A stretch of DNA of 64,000 nucleotides from Aplysia californica (lineage: Eukaryota): contig NW_004797643.1 in the NCBI RefSeq assembly GCF_000002075.1, forward strand, positions 33,085 to 97,084, written 5' to 3'. The position numbers were made by a program, and so were the translations under genes. Below the pieces are notes generated by a model, which worked only from the letters and a program-made list of their open reading frames with translations, was not told the DNA's origin and made no database searches. Positions 37,401 to 50,100 of the stretch are shown here, one piece after another. How positions within the stretch are numbered: the stretch's first letter is position 1; each line of letters opens with the position of its first letter.

Positions 37401-40400
37401 GGAAACCTGTACACTCACATGCGCAAGCACACAGGTCAGTTCTACCGCTGCGAGCAGTGCGACTTCAAGACGGTCAACAAAAGTCACCTGATCGAGCACA
37501 AGATGACCCACGACAGCCGTCGATCTCAGTGCATGATCTGCCGCAAGGACTACTCCACCCTTAAGTCTCTGATCAACCACGTCCGCAAGTACCACACGGA
37601 CAAACCCGGCAAGGAGTATCTGCAGACTTTCTTACAGGTCAGATGAAGATATGTATGGCATAGTGGTGGCACAGGGGCTTGTCAAAATAATTGAATAAAA
37701 AATAGAATACGTACATTGCTTATTGCATTTATTATGCAAACAAATTAATGTTGCTTACTAATATAATAACAGGCACAGCCTTGATACCACAAACACTCAA
37801 ACTGTTTTTCATTGCTGATAATGCATTCCTCTAATTATTTTAGTGAAGTAAGTATTATTACAACATGTTTCCAATGATGTGGTACTGCCGGCATCTGCTG
37901 TGTAATACCAGTAAGAACAAATTTTGGGCCTGAAAATCTGCTCACTATATGCATGTTTCGCTATGTGCCTATTTCGCTATGTGCGTGCTGGACAGTTCTG
38001 TAATTTTACATTCTAACGTTGTTCCCATCAGGCTGTGACCTCAATGGATTTTTTTTCTTCTTTTTGTTGTTCAGGGCCGCGGAGTGCGTGGCACCACCAT
38101 CATCCACCAATGCCACGTCTGTAATCGTAAGTTCAAGAAGCGAATCGACCGCGACCGACATCTATTCATTCACGACATCAAGGACTTGCCTCATGTCCAG
38201 CAGGTAGCTTCTCCTGTTTGTGTCATTGTTGCGTTCCAGAAAACTTGTGTAATTCACTTTTTCTGTGTGTGTGTGTGTTACACTGTAAACTGGTTGACTA
38301 CTGTGTGTGTATATGTGTGTGTGTGTGCTACTCTGTCTATCTGTGTGTGTGTGTTACTCTGTCTATCTGTGTGTGTGTGTTTTAGTGTGAGCTTAAGTCT
38401 GTCAGTATGTGTGTATGTTACACTAACTGTGTGTCGATCTATCTCTCTGTCTTTGTGCTTGTATTACAGTGTGAGCTGTGTGATTACTGGACCAGCCGTA
38501 AGATCTACCGAGACAAACTCTACCTGAAGCATCGGGTCATCTGCTCTCTATGTCTCCTCTGCGTGTCTGTGTGTGTGTCTGTGTGTTTGTCTCTGCATCT
38601 GTGTGTGATACTCCATCAATCTGTGCTTGTATTACAGTGTGAGCTGTGTGACTACTGGGCCAGCCGTAAGATCTACCTGGATAAACACTACCTGAAGCAT
38701 CGGGTCATCTACTGCTGTGCTCTCTGTGATGAGAAGGTCAGTTTGGGGGGGGGGNNNNNNNNNNNNNNNNNNNNNNNNNNNNNNNNNNNNNNNNNNNNNN
38801 NNNNNNNNNNNNNNNNNNNNNNNNNNNNNNNNNNNNNNNNNNNNNNNNNNNNNNNNNNNNNGGGGGGATTGTGTGAGGTTCTGTCTTCCACTCACCCCTT
38901 CAGGACTTCAGGACAGTCTTTGTCTGTATTGTTTTGTTCTGAGATAGCCACTACTTTTATCTACTTGTTATCAACAGGGGATGACTGATGGGCGCTACAA
39001 GTAGGTCTTATTTCTTTTCTTTCCCTTTGTCATTTCTGTTTGTCTTCTGTCCTTTTCCCAGAACTAGATGACCGTTATTATTTCAATGCACTTTTTTTTT
39101 TTTAGTCAAAGATATATTTATTGCTGGGAATGTTGTTTCTGTCTATCTGTCTTACTGCTCTAAATGACTGCTATTGTATCAATGTGCATCTCTTTACTCA
39201 AACTAGCATGATTTAAAACATTTTTTGTCCACAAACCTTGGTTTAAAATGTACTTAATGTTACAATGTTCTTTGATTTAAAAATGTTTATTATAAAAAAA
39301 TTTTTTTTGCTTTGCCAGTTTTTGAGCACAATAAAGTTGTCTGAACATCTAAGCTCCAGCCACAGCGACCATGGGGAGAACGGAACGATGGTGGCGGATT
39401 CCTTGCTGGAGGAATGTATCAACAGGTCAGTCCAGGCCACACCACAGTCATTTAGCTCTTTTTTTTATAGTATAGGTATGCCCCCATTAATGCAAAGTCA
39501 GATCATGTGGGAGGTTGGCTTTTTACCCTGCCTGTCAGGGCTGACCCAGGCTGAGAGGGATACTACGTCCCAGCAGAAAGACCAATATACTCAATAAAAA
39601 TTTCTCCCTTTTCGGGAATCAAACGCGGGTCTCCTGCATGCAATAGTGAAGCGCCTTATCACTACCCCACAGATACTTGTTCATTAACCCTCTAGTGCCG
39701 GCTATAAGAAATAATATTGATATGAAAACTATGACTCATCACGCTGTTTTTATAAAGACAATATAACTGAAATATTTGAAGTCGGTTTACTGAGTTATAT
39801 ATATATATATATTTTTTTTTTTATAGTAGAGGGTTTTACGGCGCTCGCAACTGCATAAGGTCATATGAGCGCCAAGGGGTTGGTGTCAAAAGAGAAGTCT
39901 TTACAGGGAATCAGACTTAGACTGCTCACCTCTCTAGCTTCAACAGCACAAGATCTGCTTCGACCATCAAGGCACCCCAAAATAGCAGGTCAGAAGAGAG
40001 TGACAAACATACAAAAGAAGTAGAGGAAAATGACAATAGTAAGGATCAGGAAAGAAAAAGCAGCAGTTCCCTGTTGTAGATCAGGCACAGTTATGGGCGT
40101 GACCTGAGTCACTCCTTTTACAATTCTACTATACTTGAACGAGAAATGTCCCCCTTTTGGGAATGGCCAAAAGGCACTTCAGTCAGTGGCACTGCCCCGG
40201 GGGGGTTTACTGAGTGAACAATACTTGTAATATTTGCCTCTCCCTCTCTCCGAAAAATAATAGCGACTAAGCCAATACCCTCTAGAGAGTTAAGTGGTCA
40301 TAGTGACCACAACATAATCATAAAAAAACAAAACAGAAAAAAGAATCCCCTTGTATCAACCAATGACAAAGTTCACTCTGTCCAGGTCCCTGTACCTTCC

Positions 40401-43075
40401 CGAGCCGCTGGCTATGACTAAAGATGGCAACAAGTACGTGAACTTGCCCGAAGAACTTCGAGCAACATCGGACAGCAACAATTCAGTGACACCAGCATCA
40501 CTGACGTCAGCACAGACACCATCACCGACGTCAGTACTGACGCCATCAGCGACAACCACCACCCCTTCCTCCGGCAGCAACACTTTCTCACAGACCACAA
40601 CAACAACGACAACAAATGACCGAGGGCCAACCACAGACTCTACCCTGACGGTCGTACCGTCTGCCGAGAGTTCTGGAGACTTCCTGTCAGAGTTCAAAGA
40701 GTTAACGGGTCCCTCAACTGACTTGCTCTCTCCCCCTGCGCCAACCACAGGCCAGACGGTCAAAGCAGACATGTCCGCAAACGATCAAGTTAATTCAGAG
40801 GTCGTGAGCAGCGTCTGTCAGCCATTTTCCAAAGTGGAAGACCTGCTAGATGTGTCGACTCAGGGAGTGAACTCTGTGGGCACAGACGGAGGGGACGCAA
40901 CTGTTGGGTCGCAACTTGTTGAGAATATCGTAGAATCGGAGAACAAAGGTACAGTTGTAGAGGGTTTACGTTTATCCATACTCTACAGCGTGCTTGATCC
41001 ACTTTACAATTATTATTATCCCTGAAGGTGGGTGGAGATCGCCTCTGGTATGTCCTACTTCTGTTGTTTCTGGCTTTTTTCTTTGCTGTAAATGACTATT
41101 GTGGGTGGTTAGGGAGTGTTCTGGGGTTATTTGCTCCTTCTTTCCTATTAAACCTCTATCGTTCTTATCTCTCCTCATTCCTTTATTATACCTTTGGCAC
41201 TTATATATGACCCTATTGTGTTGCAAGTGCTGTAAAACTCTTAACTTAAATAAATAGTGACCATTATTGTGGTGTTCTTCTTTTCTTTTCTCAAACTCCG
41301 TCATTTTGTAATAATTACTCTCCCCAGATACAGAAGACGGTGATGGAATAAAGTCGGAGAATCGGGTCGGAAAAGACTCACAGGTGGCGCCACACGTGCT
41401 CATGTTACAAAACCCTGGCTCTGACTCGGAGGGAGGAGAGGAGGAGGTTTCGGACAAGGTCGGGTCAGAAGAGGCAGCTGAGGGGACGACCTCAGTTGTG
41501 AAGACAGAGGGAGTGGAGGGGATGGAGGAGGAGGCGGAAGGAGGGGAGGGCTCAGATGAAGAGGAAATGTTTGTGGAGGAGCAGCAAGAAGCCGGTCTGG
41601 CTTCAGGGGAGAACAGTGGAGAGAAACTTCCAGAAACTGACGAAGGTGAGAATTGGGGTACAGTCGAACTTAGTTTAGTTTTAGTAATAGTCTTATGGCA
41701 AATTTTGCAACACATTTAGGTTAGGTTGTATAAGTGCCAAAGATTAGAGGTTTTGCTAGAGAGTTACATACAAAGACAAGAATTAGGAGAGATAAGGAGG
41801 ATAGATGTTTAATAAGAAAGAAGGAGCAGACCACACCAGAGCACCCACCCCCACCCACTGCCCACTGTATTGAAAAAATATTTTTTTGAAACTATTTAGT
41901 GTTGTTGTCTTTATGCCTACATTGATACAATTTAAATAATTTTGGAGGTAGGCTCCTTGCCCTGACCTTCGGGGCCATCCTGGGCGAAGAGGAATACAGC
42001 ATCCCAGGAGGAAGATCAAGATACTTGATAAAAATTTCTCCCTCTTGGGAACCAAACTCAAGTCCTCTTGTTGCCACAATGAAGGGACCAACCATTACCC
42101 CATAGGCACTTGTCACAAAATGAGATTTCTTGAGGTCTCAGAAACTTGATGTGCTAAAAGTAACTATGGTTTTTCAGTACACGTCTGTCGTTCATTTATG
42201 TGTCTAATCTTATTCTGCGTGTGTTTTTACATTCAGTTCTCTTTCTATGTGTTTCTTTTTTTTTCCTTTCCTTTTAGTTGTGGCTATTTTTCTTTCGATG
42301 TTTGTTGTAGACCTTCCAGTTTTTATTTTACTCTTTAACTTTAAATTTAGGAGGGGGGGGGAGGAAGATTTTTCTCTCCTCTTATGTTCTTTTTCGTGTC
42401 TCATTTCTCTTATCTTTTTTTTTTTTATTCTGGTACTTCCTCTTTCAATTTGTCTCAGTTTGTTCTTCTTTGTAACCCTTTTGAAAATCTTTTGTCTTAT
42501 TCTTTTTCCTTTTAAAAATCTTTTACATCTTTTTCTCTCCCCCCCCCCCCTCCTTTTTTCATCTTGTTCTCATTTTTTAAATATCTCCTTTTTTTCATCG
42601 TATAATATTATCTTTCCCCCAACCAGTAGGGCAGGAGTCACCTAACGCAATGGCCAAAGAGAAATCGGCAGCTGAGGAGAGTCTGGAGGTGGCTGAAGGT
42701 AAAGCGGCGAGTGGCAGCGCGGGCACAGAGAGCAAGAACGAGAAGATTGAAGCCTTGATCAAGAGGATGGGCTATCGGCGGATGTCTATGGACATATTCA
42801 ACAAGATGAGGGACACGTTCGGCACGGAGGAGTGCGAGTTTTGTGGCAGGCTGTTCTACAGCAAGGTGGACTACGAGCCTCATGTCAGGACTCACACAGG
42901 TGAGGGATAGGAGGGGGAGGGGGAGGAGAGGGAGTAACAGGCTGTTCTACAGCAAGGTGGACTACAAGCCTCAGGTCAGGACTCACACAGGTGTAGCGTG
43001 GCTGCAGGGATCGGATACATGCCTTCTCACTCTGCTGCTCTCTGCCTCTCTTTCTCTCTCTCTGTTTATCTGTCA

Positions 43076-43107
<32 letters not shown>

Positions 43108-43995
43108 CTTCCCACATATACAAATATACTCACACACACACAGACACGCACACACACACATGCGCACACGCTGCGCAAAATGGTGGCATATATCAATTTT
43201 GTCTCTGTGTGGATCACTTACAGTGTACCTCTGTTCCCTCCCTTGCGCTCAAATGACCTTATACAGTTGCAAGCGCTGTAAATCACTTACCAAACTGTCC
43301 TTCCCCACAGGCGACAAACCCTTCGCTTGCGCTCACTGCAGCTTCCGAGCCAACACCAAGGACCAGCTGAAGCGACACTCGGAGAAAGAGCATGAGAAAA
43401 TCGCCTTCCAGTGCAAAGAGTGCGACTTCCTGGCGCCCACACGGACACGTCTGTGGAACCACCAGCTCAAACACCTGGGCATCAGTGGACTCTCCTGTCC
43501 CAGGTGCTCCTGTAAATTTGACGGGTACGTTCTCCTTTGTTTTTAGTAAGGTTTAAGGGCGCTTGCAACTGCATAAGGTCTAATGAGCGCCAAGGGGTGG
43601 ATGTCAACAGAGAAGTCCAAACGCGGAATCAGGCTTACTCTGCTCACCTCTTTAGCCTCAACAGCTCAAAGTCTGCTTCAACTATCAAGGCACCCTGAAA
43701 ATAGCAATTCACAAGGGAATGACATACACACAAAAGAAGTAGAGAAAAAATGACGATAGTAAGGACGAGGAAAGAAAAATCAGCAGTTCCGCCTATGTTG
43801 TTCAAGCACAGTATCTGCTGTCCTTTCGTGTATATAATTAATGTATGGTTGTGAAAGTTCTTCTTCATGTGGTTGAACTGGTTTTTCTTGTTTCTGTGAA
43901 ATATTTTCTCATGTGTGAATGATCTTGTGATTTGTGTAAAGCGCTCAGCTCAGAGCTCATGCTAGTATGGGATAGAGCGCTATGTAAGTGCAATC

Positions 43996-44026
<31 letters not shown>

Positions 44027-44117
44027 GACTCAGTGGGTGTTGGGTGGGTGCTCTGGTGTGGTTTTTTCTTTCCTTTCCACTCTCCCTGTCTCTCTCTTTC
44101 TCTCTCTCTCCCCCCCC

Positions 44118-44175
<58 letters not shown>

Positions 44176-47100
44176 CCAATGTACTTTATTTACACTACTA
44201 TATATGTACAACATACTTTTGTGTTTCCTGTGATCATAGAATGAAACAGCTACGGGCTCATATCCTGAACTGTGTTGTATGTCCAACGTATTTTATGACT
44301 CAATGATATGTAGGCCTACCTCATGTTTGATCGCTTTTAACTCACTGACTACGGATCCCGTCACAGGTACGGGGCGGACGGTCGGTTCGCAGGTACGGTT
44401 CCCGTACCCCCGATGGGATGGACTTTGCGGTTTTGTTCTGTAACTTGTGCTCCCGTCACATGAAAGGGAACGGACTCCAGTGCTAGTTTTGCCTCTTGTT
44501 TGGTTTCGTGCTGAGTTTGGCCGAAGTTTCGTGGTAACTTTTTAAGCAATTGAAGGTGAAGGACAGTCACCTCATCTGGGGTTGACCTGACCGGAACTCG
44601 CGCTATGTTTTTTCTATACAAATGATAGTAATCCGACAGTCGCGTCAAAGTAACGGTCGCATGAACAAGAATCACATAATTTCGCTGTTTTCGACACTTC
44701 TGTACGTTTTGCTAGTTCTAGTGACTCAGGATATGATGTGTCTGATAGTTAGGACCCTGGATATGTACCCGAATACCGCCCGAGTTGTAGTTTTAGGGCT
44801 AGATCTAGCACTAGTACTGTTGTTCTTGTTCGCGTGACGAAATCACAACTTCGTTCCCTACATCTGTCTCATGTAATTCAGTGTATGGGTCTGAATAAAA
44901 GCACAGACCAGCTTTTATATTTTTACCAAACACTCACCCATGGATACAAATCAAAACAGAACACTTTAAACTTTTATTTTTGTTGTTGTTGTGGATTTCA
45001 TTTTATCTGTCATGTCTCTGGAAATTTTTTCTAAAAATCAAATTCATTCCAATTTTGAAACAATCATAAGAATTAAAGTTTTAAACTCAGAGAACTTAAA
45101 TTTTTTGCAATAGATTAAGTTTGAAAGTAACTTTACTATGTCAAAAAATAATTACAATAGGGTAATTCTGAGAGTTGTGGTGGTGTCTTGAAATACTCCC
45201 AAAAATGCCAGTACTCAGCACTAGTGATTTGTGAAAGGGGCCAGTAGTCAGTGAGTTAAGGACAAGCAGGCTAACCCAGATTTTGAGGGTTTCCAGAAAT
45301 CTTGACCGACACCAAAAATGGGCATTGCCCTACCTATAGGAGAAGTTTGGTTTTATTGGTGTGTATGTATAGAGAAAACTCTCCTTGTCATTTAAAGAAA
45401 CTGAACAAGGGGCAAAAACTTTACCTTTGATTTTCTCAAAACAGCATTTTTCAGGATAGCTCCCTTGTGCTTAAAAAGCGACCATTTGTATGCATGTGTC
45501 TTGTGATCACAGAATGAAACAGCTGCGGGCCCACATCTTGAACCAGCACCAGGACATGGACAAACAGACGCTGGAGAAACTGACAGGCTACAGGCACCGG
45601 CCCCTAGGACGCATGGGTCAGTCTCTCCATGCTTGTCGTTTACCGGCTGTTTCACGCAGAGTGTCTTTTACATTGTGTGTCTTTTGTGCTATGTGTCTTT
45701 TTACTTTGTATGCCTTTTACTTTATGAAAAATGGTGTGTGTTTATTAATACTAGAAAGTTATTTTAAAAGGCAGGTCTTTTATTTTGTGTGTTACATTAT
45801 GTATCTTTAACAAGAGTGTGTCTTTTGCTTTATGTGTCTTATACAGTCGAATCTGCTCCAAGTTTTAACGCTTACCTGTATAAGTATAAGTAAGACAATC
45901 ACTTGTACAAACTTCCTATTTCCTCCCTTGTGTATTTTTTTCACCTTATCAATGACATTATGTAAGACGGCCTTTTTCTTCTCGACAGTGGGTGGACATC
46001 CTTGACAGTTTTAACTGTATTATATACTATGTGTATTATATTGTTTTATCACTAGTGACATTTTTAGGGGGGATTTCATTCTTGTATTTCCAACAGGTCG
46101 AAGGTCATTCAAGTGTCCCCACTGCCCGCGTACTTTCATCCGTGCAAATTCTGACTTGCAAAAGCACATCTGGATACATGAAGGCATCAAGCCATTTGCT
46201 TGTCCAATTTGCCCGTATGCTTGCCGTTCCAAAAATAACCTACAGGTACGAGGCTCTCAAAGTCAGGCTTATTCTAATACTGCTGTGCTAAGGAACTTTT
46301 CCTCTCACAGTAGTCACAGTCTACTGGTTTCCATGCTCAACTGATTAGGCTTTTTGCTCGTTTCACATGGAAAGCATGAGTTCAATTCTAAATTTTCCGC
46401 TTCAGTTAGCTCTGAGCCCTACTGTCATAGTGGACACCACACAAAGTTGTAAAAATAAACCACTTCACAATGTTGTAAAATGACACCATCATCTCACGAT
46501 ATATTCTTTCCGGCGTCTGTGGTGTGTAATGGTTAGCCACTTCACTGTTGCTCTCGGGGGACCTGAGCTTGATTCTGGAGTGGGGGAGAAATTTTATTGA
46601 ATATCTCAGTCTTTCTGCTGGGTTGTATCCCTCTTAACCTGTGGTAGCTCTATCCGACTTTTTCCCTGCACTATATGCCCGTTATTGTTTCTTTAATTCT
46701 CTTTGCTAGTCTTTACCTAAACAAACACACAAATGTGAGGAGTGCTGACACAATGAGTTACTTCTCGCAATCCAAGAATGGAGATATCGGCCGAAAATCG
46801 ACACTGGAGTCCGATTTTTTAATTTTTAACTGATGCCATTTTCTTCAAGTCCACCGTGTCTTTTATTATTCCATTCTTACAAATTGTGCAAACTCCAGTT
46901 ATAAAGTAAATGTATCAGGCTAAAATCCGAGAAGTAACTCATTTTTTCAGCACACCTCTCATTATTGTTTTCATATCCCCCCCCCCCCTATAACAGGCCC
47001 ACATGCTGAGACATTCCACGGAAAAGCCCTTCTCCTGCTCCGAGTGTGGCAAGGAGTACAAGTCAAAGACGGCACTCAGGTGGCACGTGCGCTCCCACAA

Positions 47101-50100
47101 GACGGGGAAAGCCTTCAAATGTGATAAGTACGTGCTTCTTTCCCGCTGTTCCTCGTGGTGCACTGGTCTTGATTATGTGTGCTGTAGAAAGGGATAAATA
47201 CGTGGATTTCTCTGCTGTATGTAGAGTCAACTGGCCTTACTTGTATGTGTTGTATATTGTTCATTTTTACTATAAACTTATAAGCCCTATATGTCATCTG
47301 TTATTAGGATATATATTTTTCGTACATAAACCTATATGATGTATCAAATTTTGGTCCGACCAAAAGGTAGATATAGATGTCGTTATAACATGTGTCATGT
47401 TTTCTAGATAAATGTTGTTATGGTATTATTTATGTCTCATATTCTCCCCCCCCCCCGTAGATGTCCATACGAGGCGACCCAGCAGAGTCACCTGAAGCGA
47501 CACATGGAGACGCACGAGGTGATGAAAAGGTTCGTCTGTAAACACTGCGCGTTCTCTGCCAACACACTGGGCTACATGAAGATACACTACGCCCGACACC
47601 ACAAGGTAACGGCAGCTTGTTTTCTTGTTTGTTCACCATGTCAACTTGACTTGTTGCTTACCACAAGGTAATGTCAACTAGTAATGTTGCTTACCACTTA
47701 CCATACACCATGAGGTAATGTCAGTTTGTTTTGTTGTACTACTTGTAGGTACTGCCCCTTTTTTCTTGAAGATGTTTGTTGTAAAATATACATGTAAAAA
47801 AAACTTTAATTGTTCATTGTACTAACATTTATGTAAAGCTCCTAGAGCTCTGTGCTCATGGCAGTAAGCAATGTAAAAATGACCTACATCATTATTATTC
47901 CCCTACTCTCCCCCCAGGGCAAGCCATTTGTCCACGAGGAAACAAGTGAGACCACCATCTCCCAGCCAGAGAAGCGTGTCTTCAAATGTCTCAGCTGTGG
48001 CTACTTGTTCGGTAACCTGTCTGACCTCAAGCGACATCTGAAGATACGGCACCTGGTGCAGATGCAGGCCATAGCCGGGATGGAGCAGCTTCAGATCTCG
48101 GAGGTGGAGGTAGGCAGAGGGGGGGGAGATGGGAGTTGGTAGGTGGAGGGTAGCAGGTAGGAGGCAGAAGGTGGAAAGTGGAAGGATTGGTTTTACAGAC
48201 ATGTTACTCAGACCTGCCACTCATCCCGATTTAATTGGGATATCCCGATTTTTTTCCCCCTATTTTCAAGCATCCCGATTTTTTTGTTCTTTCTGTTGCG
48301 CCAGATTTTTCTAAAAACAAACTCTGCCTTTGTATATTTATGGACACCCGTGGTAAATTTGAAAGCCAGCTGGGCAGTCACCCTGGTGATTCGTCGTTGG
48401 TCCCGATTTTTTTCCCCTGATCCAGATTTTTTTCCCTTGAGATCCTGATTTTTAGATTTTATGGAATGGCAAGACTGTGTTACTGGTGTGGTGTTTAGGC
48501 TCGTTGTTGTCGCTCGCAGAAGGCTTGAGTTGGATTCTTCAGTGGGAAGCCTTGGACTTTAAGCTTGGATTTTGTACCCCTCTCAACTCAAGTTGGGCCT
48601 GACAAGTAGGGTTGGAAGCCCACCTCCTAAATGATTTAAATTGTGTCAATTGGAGTGTAAAAACACCTTCTGGTATATTTGTTTGTTATTTTTTATATTT
48701 TTTAAGAGGAGACAAGAGATACAAAAGATAGCTGAACCTCCAGACTAGTGAGGAAGAAACACTAAACCCATGGACAAAATGTCTCCATTTTTTGTCACTC
48801 AATACATCTCTACATCAGACAAGTTTCGTTTATTGATAGCCAGTATCTCAAGAAATATGTATTAATGTATAATATCTATATTCAATGGTGTTATATTCAT
48901 TTTTTATTTACGTTTTGTGTAAAATATGCCTCTTTACCTGTGTGATATTGAATGAAAAAAAGAAGTGGAAAACAATGTTTGTTGTTGAAATGTTAATAAA
49001 GAGATTTTGACCCTTGTAACCTTCCCATCCATCGCCCATCTCCTCACCAACGTCCCATCAGGTGGTTCAGTACGAGGACACAGCAAATGCTGCGACAGCC
49101 ACCGCCACACTGGCCGACATGTCACAGGTTCAGACAGCTCCCCAGGTTGTTTCAGGTTCGTACCTCATTTTTCTTTTTTTAGTAAGTTAGCTTGCCCCGA
49201 ATTTCCTGTGACTGTCCCAGATTAAGCAATCCACAATGTGAGAGTCTTATCACATACAGTCGCCTCCGTTTGTGTTGAACTTGCTTGGTTTAACTGAACT
49301 TTTTCTCGGGTCCAAGCACCTCTTCTTCTTTATAGTTATAGTTACTGCACGTTTGTAATTGTGTGTCTGTGTATCTCCAGCGGGCGACCTTCAGACTAGT
49401 GGGCCGAGTGACGCGAGTAAACCATCGGTGTCTGCCGTCAGCCTCATACAGCAGCTCTTGGGAATGTCACAGGTCAGGGATATGTTTTATATAGATAATA
49501 TTAGTATATATATATACAGATAATAATTGAAATTGTGTAATATCTGTGCTCTACAGCTGGTCTTTGTGTTTTGAACATTATAAAATAATATAATGTAATG
49601 ATACTACACCAGAATGTGCTATGTTGGGTTTGTTGAAGTGTACTTTATGCTGAGTCAGCACAATGACATGCATTTTATTTAGGCCTGGCAGTATTAAGGA
49701 TTTTTAGTTTGATTAACTTATGAAGTCTTGAGATGAAGGAAGAAATAGTCTGCAGCCACTGAAAGCAGTGGAGATGTGAAGAAAGAGCTCATATTCATAT
49801 GTACAGTCGTAGCATTAGAGTTCACCTCTTGGAATGTAACTCAAGGGTTTTTTCTGTATGTCTTTACGTTGGGAACCCTTAAAATAAGTTTGAGTCAAAG
49901 GAAATCTGAGTGTGAAAATTAAATCGCTCTGTTATGATGGGAATTTCTGTCTCCTTCTTTAAAAGAATATCTTTCAAAAAGAAAAATGGTGCACACTACA
50001 CAGATACGGTACAGTGCCGTGTGTTTGTAAATAATGAGCAAGTAAACAAATGTGTACTGTGTGCCCCGTGTCCCGTCTTTGGAGTGTCATACTAAACATT

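Noticed and set aside
36367-37491. Long ORFs spanning N runs, here and at other gaps
   Set aside because: Artefacts of translating through assembly gaps.
40972-41715. 247-aa minus-strand ORF and similar antisense ORFs over CAS and WDR76
   Set aside because: Shadows of plus-strand coding exons, with no recognisable domains.
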